DNA from: a virus
DNA: 23,432 nucleotides
Reading direction: 5' to 3' (one strand)
Virus genome (UHGV): UHGV-0174115
Within the stretch, counting starts at the first letter, position 1. Each line of letters opens with the position of its first letter. Position numbers and translations under genes: made by a program. Positions 1 through 5,804 of this stretch are shown in pieces. Below the pieces are notes generated by a model. The model was given only the letters and a program-made list of their open reading frames with translations, had not been told where the DNA came from and did no database searches.

Positions 1-55
1 GCCTACACCAGCGGCAGCACCTGTAGCAGCGCCTACACCAGCGGCAGCACCTGTA
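1..55 (+). repeat. In-frame tandem repeat (25-nt core gcctacaccagcggcagcacctgta twice, 30-nt period) encoding PTPAAAPVAA x2
   Basis: Direct repeat visible at 1-25 and 31-55; runs to the window edge so copy number may be higher upstream. Confidence 0.7.
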
Positions 56-196
56 AAAGTAATGACTGAAAAAGCAGGTGGTGCAACTTACGAACAGTTT
101 ATTGCGCAAGGTTGGAACGATGAACAACTGATCGCTAACGGTTATATGGTAATGACCACCCCGGCCCCGAATTTTCTCAACGGTAACGGTTACTGA
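2..196 (+). CDS. Hypothetical protein, 3' end only (5' end outside window); Pro/Ala-rich repeat linker then ~45-aa C-terminal domain
   Basis: Open frame from window edge to TGA at 194-196, translating ...PTPAAAPVAAPTPAAAPVKVMTEKAGGATYEQFIAQGWNDEQLIANGYMVMTTPAPNFLNGNGY*. Confidence 0.5.
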   Translation, partial: PTPAAAPVAAPTPAAAPVKVMTEKAGGATYEQFIAQGWNDEQLIANGYMVMTTPAPNFLNGNGY

Positions 197-238
197 TAGT
201 TACTGGAACTGGGACGATATACCGCTTTAAACAGACAT

Positions 239-259
239 GGGGCCATAGTGCCCCATTTA
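239..259 (+). promoter_or_regulatory. Conserved 21-nt element ggggccatagtgccccattta, copy 1 (hairpin GGGGC-catagt-GCCCC)
   Basis: Identical 21-mer recurs at 538-558; both copies lie ~17-36 nt upstream of a plus-strand start codon. Function (promoter, operator, processing site or weak terminator) not determinable by eye. Confidence 0.4.
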
Positions 260-274
260 TCAACGAGGTATAAG

Positions 275-529
275 ATGAATCAAGAACAATTTGTACAAGA
301 ACAAGAAATGTTTGAAAAATTATCTTTAAAAGACCAATTGTCATACGTAAAGAAACACGGAGTGATTCAAAAAAGATTTAATAGCGTTTTAAGAACTTCC
401 CGTGAAAATTTTGGTAAATTTTATTTCGCGTATGAAGTGCAAAACGGTTACGGATGGCGATTTGCACGCGCTTCTACAAAAGAAGAAAGTGATCGGTTAT
501 ATAATGAATGGGTTAATAAGCGTTCATAA
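275..529 (+). CDS. Hypothetical small protein (84 aa)
   Basis: ATG at 275 with GAGG 7 nt upstream; the track's 248 start is a GTG lying inside the hairpin element. No recognisable motif. Confidence 0.5.
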   Translation: MNQEQFVQEQEMFEKLSLKDQLSYVKKHGVIQKRFNSVLRTSRENFGKFYFAYEVQNGYGWRFARASTKEESDRLYNEWVNKRS

Positions 530-537
530 CTGAAAAC

Positions 538-558
538 GGGGCCATAGTGCCCCATTTA
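538..558 (+). promoter_or_regulatory. Conserved 21-nt element ggggccatagtgccccattta, copy 2
   Basis: Exact repeat of 239-259, placed 18 nt upstream of the polymerase-like gene start at 576. Confidence 0.4.
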
Positions 559-575
559 CTTATCAGGGTTTTATT

Positions 576-2432
576 ATGTCAGATGCTTACGTTCACGATA
601 TTGAAAACTATCCTAATGTTTTTCTGTTCGGTGCTATTCATGCGTTAACTGAAACACCTTATATTTTTGAGATTTCACATCGTCGCGATGATCGTCAGGC
701 TTTTTACCTGTTCACGGAATATTTGCGTGAACATCGTGCTGAAGAAGTTGGTTATAACAATCTGGGTTACGACTATCCTGTTCAGCATTCTATTTTGAAC
801 AACATCATGTATATCACCAACGCAGACATTTATAAAAAAGGTGATTCGATAATTAACGCTGGTGATGAAAATCGTTTTGCTCATATGGTGTGGGAAAAAG
901 ACTGGATAGTTCCCCAACTTGATTTGTATAAAATTCATCATTTCGACAATCAGGCAAAACGAACAAGTCTGAAAACACTTGAATTCAATATGAGAATGGA
1001 AAACATTGAAGACCTCCCATTTACGCCAGGGACTTACTTAACCAATTCTCAAATTGATACGCTTCGTCAATATCTGATACACGATTTAAAAGCGACTTTG
1101 ATATTTTATAAACACAGTAAAAAACTGATCGATTTTCGTCGTGAACTTTCTGCTAAATACGGTCGTAATTTCATGAACCATAACGACACGAAAATTGGTA
1201 AAGATTATTTCATTATGGAACTTGAAAAATCAGGTATTCAATGTTTCGAACCGGGTAGCAGAAAACCACGACAGACGCACAGACCATCAATCGCATTAAA
1301 CAGCGTGATTTTCCCTTATGTCCGTTTTGAACAGCCTGAATTTAATCGTGTTCTTAACTGGTTACGTCAACAGGTCATCACTGAAACAAAAGGCGTGTTT
1401 ACTGATTTAAGCGCTGACATTAACGGGTTCTCGTTTGATTTTGGTACGGGTGGTATCCACGGGTCTATTGAATCTCAAACTATCAGGTCCACTGAAAATT
1501 ATGTGATCATCGATCTGGACGTTGCCAGTTTTTACCCGAACCTTGCGATCAGTAATGAACTTTATCCGGCACATCTGGGTAAACAATTTTGCACCATTTA
1601 TAAAAATGTTTATGACATGCGTTCCAGTTACCCGAAAGGTACACCAGAAAATGCAATGTTAAAACTGGCGTTAAACGGTGTGTATGGTGACAGTAATAAC
1701 GTATACAGTCCATTCTACGATCCTGCTTATACAATGGCTATTACGATTAATGGACAGTTACTTTTGTGCATGTTGGCTGAAGAACTTCTGAAAATCTCTG
1801 GTTTGTCCATGATCCAGGCTAACACAGATGGTCTTACGGTTTACGTGCCACGAGTGTTTACCGGACAAGTAGAACAGGTTCGTCACGCGTGGGAAAAATT
1901 AACCAGACTCCAGCTTGAAGAAGCGATTTATGACGTGATGTTTATCCGCGATGTAAATAACTACATCGCTGTTTATGAAGGTGGTAAGAAAGTTAAACGT
2001 AAAGGTGCTTATTGTCACAGTGTTGATCTGGGTTGGCATCAAAACCACAGTATGCAAGTTGTCGCAAAAGCGGCTGAAGCAGCACTGGTACACAATAAAG
2101 ACATTCGTGATTTTATAACATCACACGAAGACATTCACGATTTTATGTTGGTGACGAAAGTACCGCGTAACAGCAAATTACTATGGGGTGATAAACAAGT
2201 TCAGAATATCACTCGTTATTATGTCAGTACAGATGGTGCGCCGTTGACAAAAGTTATGCCACCGCTGGCAAAATCACTGAAACTGAATCCTGACGCGCCT
2301 GAACGCCGTATGTCAGTGTGCAAAGGTTGGTTGACCACTGAGTGCAACGACATGAAACGTTTTAACCGGACAACGCTCAATTATGATTTTTACATCAAAG
2401 AAGCTGAAAAACTCGTTGCACCACTTCGGTAA
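576..2432 (+). CDS. Family-B DNA polymerase-like protein (618 aa), compact, with 3'-5' exonuclease-like motifs
   Basis: PolB-like motifs read in order: DIE near N-terminus (Exo I-like), HFDN (Exo II-like), YLIHD (Exo III YxxxD), DLDVASFYPN (motif A, DxxSLYP), KLALNGVYG (motif B, Kx3NSxYG), NTDG (motif C position, normally DTDS), KRKGAY (KxY-like). Start ATG 576 with AGGG 7 nt upstream. Motif-level only. Confidence 0.6.
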   Translation: MSDAYVHDIENYPNVFLFGAIHALTETPYIFEISHRRDDRQAFYLFTEYLREHRAEEVGYNNLGYDYPVQHSILNNIMYITNADIYKKGDSIINAGDENRFAHMVWEKDWIVPQLDLYKIHHFDNQAKRTSLKTLEFNMRMENIEDLPFTPGTYLTNSQIDTLRQYLIHDLKATLIFYKHSKKLIDFRRELSAKYGRNFMNHNDTKIGKDYFIMELEKSGIQCFEPGSRKPRQTHRPSIALNSVIFPYVRFEQPEFNRVLNWLRQQVITETKGVFTDLSADINGFSFDFGTGGIHGSIESQTIRSTENYVIIDLDVASFYPNLAISNELYPAHLGKQFCTIYKNVYDMRSSYPKGTPENAMLKLALNGVYGDSNNVYSPFYDPAYTMAITINGQLLLCMLAEELLKISGLSMIQANTDGLTVYVPRVFTGQVEQVRHAWEKLTRLQLEEAIYDVMFIRDVNNYIAVYEGGKKVKRKGAYCHSVDLGWHQNHSMQVVAKAAEAALVHNKDIRDFITSHEDIHDFMLVTKVPRNSKLLWGDKQVQNITRYYVSTDGAPLTKVMPPLAKSLKLNPDAPERRMSVCKGWLTTECNDMKRFNRTTLNYDFYIKEAEKLVAPLR

Positions 2433-2471
2433 ACCGTATAGAATTATTTAAAACTTATTGAGGCGATAACA

Positions 2472-3008
2472 ATGCATACTTCACACAAATTCGTAGCTGG
2501 TTCACCGATTGGTGTCTTTACTCCCGGTAAAATTTATAACCGTGTTGACGGGTTCACCCGTGACGGTCGTTCCCGTGGTTTTTATATTGATGACCGTGGT
2601 GAATTTCGTTTAACAGACGACGACATGTTCGAACCTGCAGAACAGGTCCAACTGCGTTTACCACAGATGCCAATGTTCCCGGCCCGTCAGGAACGTCTTA
2701 AACTGGCTGCACGCTGGGGAACGTCTGAAATCAGTATCAGTAACTGGTACAAAGTTGATGACCTGATGAAACCGTGGCGCATCAGTGACGCTATTTGTGG
2801 CACTCGTGTTCTTACAGAACCTAATACAACGACATTTAAACCTGGTGAACTGGCTGAACTGGCTAACTCCCGTGGTTATCTGCTGTCTGAATTATCCGTT
2901 CGTTGGGGATGGCATTACGGATGTGAAACTTTACACACTATCAGCACGGATCCGCGCCGTGTTGCGCTTATCTGGGATATGTTAGAAGGAATGAATCGTC
3001 ATGACTGA
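2472..3008 (+). CDS. Hypothetical protein (178 aa)
   Basis: ATG 2472 with GAGG 9 nt upstream; long ORF with no shadow competitor of similar length; no recognisable motif. Confidence 0.55.
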   Translation: MHTSHKFVAGSPIGVFTPGKIYNRVDGFTRDGRSRGFYIDDRGEFRLTDDDMFEPAEQVQLRLPQMPMFPARQERLKLAARWGTSEISISNWYKVDDLMKPWRISDAICGTRVLTEPNTTTFKPGELAELANSRGYLLSELSVRWGWHYGCETLHTISTDPRRVALIWDMLEGMNRHD

Positions 3009-3213
3009 TTACAGTGTTTTAAGTGATATTTCAATCAACGCAATGGTTAGTCGTAAATTGTACGGTGAACCATCACATGAACATCGTCTGGAACTGGTGA
3101 ATCAAGTAGTCGATTATTGTAATAAACCAGACAATGCAATGCCGATTATTATTGAAAATAAAATTAGCATTGCGTTCGACACTAATGAAAACGAATGGTT
3201 GGGATATGATTAA
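3001..3213 (+). CDS. Hypothetical small protein (70 aa)
   Basis: ATG 3001 overlaps the upstream stop (ATGACTGA); AAGGA 9 nt upstream. Confidence 0.45.
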   Translation: MTDYSVLSDISINAMVSRKLYGEPSHEHRLELVNQVVDYCNKPDNAMPIIIENKISIAFDTNENEWLGYD

Positions 3214-3293
3214 CGAACCTACAATTTATTGTTCTCACGCTAATCCACTCCGTGCCGCAATGATTGTGTTCTTACAGATGCAGGAAAACAACC

Positions 3294-3647
3294 ATGATTA
3301 AACTCTGTTACATTGCCGGGCCTTATCGCGCTGATTGTGCGCTTAAAACATCCCGTAACGTGTCGCGCGCTGAACAGGCAGGTAAACGACTTGCTTTACA
3401 ACGTCCGGGGTGGTTCCCGGTTATCCCTCACAAGAACACCGAATTGTGGGACTTTGACGGCGGTTTACGCAATATACAACCTGAATACTACCTGTCAGGC
3501 ACATTAGAAGTTATGCGCCGCTGTGACGCTGTTCTGGTGCTTCCTGATTATCGTCGTTCATCTGGTACGCTAGCAGAAATTGCAGAAGCTGAACGTCTGG
3601 GTATTCCTGTGTATTACAGCGTGGAGAGCGTACCGGAACATGGCTAA
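3294..3647 (+). CDS. DUF4406-like protein (nucleoside 2-deoxyribosyltransferase-like fold), 117 aa
   Basis: MIKLCYIAGPY... N-terminus and CDAVLVLPDYRRSSGTLAEIAEAERLGIPV C-terminal motif as recalled for the DUF4406/NDT-like family; ATG 3294 with AGGA 8 nt upstream (track start 3264 is TTG). Confidence 0.55.
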   Translation: MIKLCYIAGPYRADCALKTSRNVSRAEQAGKRLALQRPGWFPVIPHKNTELWDFDGGLRNIQPEYYLSGTLEVMRRCDAVLVLPDYRRSSGTLAEIAEAERLGIPVYYSVESVPEHG

Positions 3648-4161
3648 AGACAACTGGGAAACACCGTGGGATTTTATTGATAATGTTTCTCGTGAATTCC
3701 CGCTTGTTCTTGATGTGTGTACCGATGGTTCTAACGCTAAATGTTCGTTGTTTATCACTGATAGTCTGAATAAAGACTGGCATTCGATTGTTCAAAGTAA
3801 TGGTGGTGGGTTCGTCTGGTGTAACCCACCGTACAGCGATCCGTCCCCCTGGGTTAATAAAATAATAACCACTGTTTATCAGGGAACTGGTTCGTTATTA
3901 CTTGTGAACGCTATGACGTCTGCAGACTGGTTTCATAAAGCACTGACACATTGTTCAGAACTATGGGTATTTAAAGGTCGTATAGCGTTTGTAGATCCTG
4001 ACACCGGGTTACCTGCAGGCGGAAATGACCGTTCACAGGTGATGTTTGTTTTCGACCCACATCATATCGGTGAATGTAAAACGAGATCTGTAAAAGTTTC
4101 CGACTATCAGAAAATAAAACGACAAGCGTACAGGAGTTATTGTTATGTCCACAATCGTTGA
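3640..4161 (+). CDS. dam: Phage-type DNA N6-adenine methyltransferase (Dam family)
   Basis: N-terminal WETPWDF and catalytic NPPY motif (GFVWCNPPYS) typical of phage Dam N6-adenine MTases; ATG 3640 overlaps upstream stop (ATGGCTAA). Confidence 0.85.
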   Translation: MAKDNWETPWDFIDNVSREFPLVLDVCTDGSNAKCSLFITDSLNKDWHSIVQSNGGGFVWCNPPYSDPSPWVNKIITTVYQGTGSLLLVNAMTSADWFHKALTHCSELWVFKGRIAFVDPDTGLPAGGNDRSQVMFVFDPHHIGECKTRSVKVSDYQKIKRQAYRSYCYVHNR

Positions 4162-4378
4162 ATTCAACCCTATGGATCCTGCTAAACGCCCAACAGGACG
4201 CTTTGCAAGATTGCCACAAACACGCGAACAGTTTTTTCCATTGTTGAACATGCGAGGGATTAAAACAGATCCACACGGGTTGATAGGAACATCCTTGTTC
4301 ATGTACCGAACTGAATATCCGGTTCCCGCATCGTGGATTGAGGTGTCGGTTGAAGATTTACTGAAGACTGTCTACTAA
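4145..4378 (+). CDS. Hypothetical small protein (77 aa)
   Basis: ATG 4145 with AGGAG 8 nt upstream; 3' end overlaps the convergent o-spanin 3' end. Confidence 0.4.
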   Translation: MSTIVEFNPMDPAKRPTGRFARLPQTREQFFPLLNMRGIKTDPHGLIGTSLFMYRTEYPVPASWIEVSVEDLLKTVY

Positions 4379-4606
4379 TGCGTTGTGAATAGTTGCACAT
4401 TTGAAATAAATATCTAACCACTGGTCATTAACATCTGTTGAATCATTTCCTGTCAGACCGTTCAGCCGTGGAAGGTTTTCGGTCTGACACTTCTGAACTA
4501 ATGCGGCCTGATAAACGGGCTTCTGCTTCGGTAACTCGTTCGTTGTACAAGCGTTGATATTCAGAAGTAAGACACTCGTTACGAAAAACAGTATTAGTCT
4601 TTTCAT
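4358..4606 (-). CDS. Outer-membrane spanin (o-spanin, Rz1-like lipoprotein)
   Basis: Signal peptide plus lipobox-like LLLNINAC; 82 aa; out of frame and overlapping the 3' part of the i-spanin gene (overlapped spanin architecture). Confidence 0.55.
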   Translation of the reverse strand: MKRLILFFVTSVLLLNINACTTNELPKQKPVYQAALVQKCQTENLPRLNGLTGNDSTDVNDQWLDIYFKCATIHNALVDSLQ

Positions 4607-4841
4607 GTCGTATTTCCACGATTTTAGTATTCTGCGACCAGTCAGCTAAACCACGAAGTACATCATCCGCTAGTTCCTGTTGTGCTTTTAACCGTTGTTG
4701 TTCCAGTTCAATAGCATCTAGTTGTTCCTGACGTTCTTCGTTTAACCGTGCTTTATATCCAGCGTGGTAACACGTATACGCACCTACGCTTAACACAAGA
4801 ACGGTCGCAACAACGGTGATTAGCACACTACGGGTTGTCAT
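4443..4841 (-). CDS. Inner-membrane spanin (i-spanin, Rz-like)
   Basis: N-terminal TMD (VLITVVATVLVLSVGAY) followed by charged coiled-coil-like region; directly downstream of the endolysin region; contains the overlapped o-spanin ORF. Confidence 0.6.
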   Translation of the reverse strand: MTTRSVLITVVATVLVLSVGAYTCYHAGYKARLNEERQEQLDAIELEQQRLKAQQELADDVLRGLADWSQNTKIVEIRHEKTNTVFRNECLTSEYQRLYNERVTEAEARLSGRISSEVSDRKPSTAERSDRK

Positions 4842-5058
4842 TTGGTGTACCTCGTTGTTTATCTACAGCGATTTTTTTAGCACCAACATACTGACCTATA
4901 CAGAAACCGAAATAGGTTAACAACACTGTATCATCAAGTGTGCGGTCCACGGCCTGATAAATCAGAATGCCTGTTACCACGAGGAAGCCTAAAGCCGCTT
5001 GTGCGCGGCTTAAAGAGATCCCCCCGGTTGTGTTACGTAATATGCTGAATTTATCCAT
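4828..5058 (-). CDS. Small two-TMD membrane protein (holin/antiholin-like)
   Basis: Two hydrophobic segments (AALGFLVVTGILIY, VLLTYFGFCIGQYVG); start uncertain (ATG 5058 chosen; an ATG at 5088 would overlap the endolysin 3' end). Confidence 0.45.
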   Translation of the reverse strand: MDKFSILRNTTGGISLSRAQAALGFLVVTGILIYQAVDRTLDDTVLLTYFGFCIGQYVGAKKIAVDKQRGTPNDNP

Positions 5059-5068
5059 GATTGTTATC

Positions 5069-5458
5069 TCACGCGGGATATTTCGCATGTGGTAACTGGA
5101 AGTGTGGACCATCTTTCAGTGTTTTCCAGTCACCACCCCATTCAACAGGGATATTCAGTTCTTTTGCAGCCTGTTTAAATGCAGTGGCAATCTGTTCGTA
5201 ATATTTCCATTCCCATGATCCGGCAGATGTAGGATAAGCAAATACATCCACGGCGTGACCCGAAATATGGCGACTGTTCATCGTCTGACTTTTACCTGCA
5301 GCAACTAGTTGTCGTTGTCGTTCAACAGTTCGTAAACCTTCTGTGATACCGAAATCAACGGGTGATAACTGAAGTGCCCGACGCACGATTTTCACAAGAT
5401 CTGGGTTAACCCCTTTCAGATTGTTTTCGCTTCTCTGACTGAATTTAAAGTTACTCAT
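5069..5458 (-). CDS. Endolysin, peptidase M15 family (L-alanyl-D-glutamate peptidase type)
   Basis: Zn-ligand pattern SRHISGHAVDV ... DGPHFQL and overall similarity to T5-type M15 endolysins; ATGA overlap with upstream gene. Confidence 0.85.
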   Translation of the reverse strand: MSNFKFSQRSENNLKGVNPDLVKIVRRALQLSPVDFGITEGLRTVERQRQLVAAGKSQTMNSRHISGHAVDVFAYPTSAGSWEWKYYEQIATAFKQAAKELNIPVEWGGDWKTLKDGPHFQLPHAKYPA

Positions 5459-5778
5459 TGCTTACTCCCGGTTTTACGTTGTTCCGCTTTCAAACCTTCA
5501 ATAACAACTTTCAGGTCATTTGTTGACTGTGTTAGCTCTTTAACACTAGTGAGGATTTCAGCGTTCTGTGTGGCCTGATATTCGATTTTGATGTCGTGAA
5601 CATCCACTCGGGATTCCACTCGCTTTGCCAGATTAAGCGCCTCATGCGCATAGGTTTTTGCATCAGTAATATCTTTTTCATTAGAATTGATTTGGTTTTG
5701 AGTTACTCCGTAACCTACCAACCCCGTGGCAACAAATGCTATTATAGGCCAATACCTTAACACTGGGTTATCAGACAT
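5455..5778 (-). CDS. Single-TMD protein upstream of endolysin (putative holin)
   Basis: N-terminal TMD (YWPIIAFVATGLVGYGV) then charged helical C-terminus; first gene of the lysis cluster; AGGAG 9 nt upstream of ATG 5778. Confidence 0.4.
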   Translation of the reverse strand: MSDNPVLRYWPIIAFVATGLVGYGVTQNQINSNEKDITDAKTYAHEALNLAKRVESRVDVHDIKIEYQATQNAEILTSVKELTQSTNDLKVVIEGLKAEQRKTGSKQ

Positions 5779-5804
5779 TGTTTTACACTCCTGGAGAATT
5801 AAAG

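Noticed and set aside
675-2093. Minus-strand ORFs (88, 61, 64 aa) inside the polymerase-like gene
   Set aside because: Antisense shadow ORFs within a long, motif-supported coding region; no RBS context.
3580-3642. N-terminal extension of the Dam ORF (MQKLNVWVFLCITAWRAYRN...)
   Set aside because: It overlaps the upstream DUF4406-like gene by ~60 nt, and the Dam family signature begins at the WETP motif right after ATG 3640.
4452-4490. 9-bp inverted repeat (gtcagaccg ... cggtctgac) within the spanin overlap region
   Set aside because: Lies inside doubly coding sequence with a long 20-nt loop and no U-tract; likely incidental.
5778-5804. TTG start for the tailspike at 5778
   Set aside because: It would coincide with the start codon of the divergent minus-strand gene; the ATG at 5805 with a GGAG RBS is more plausible.
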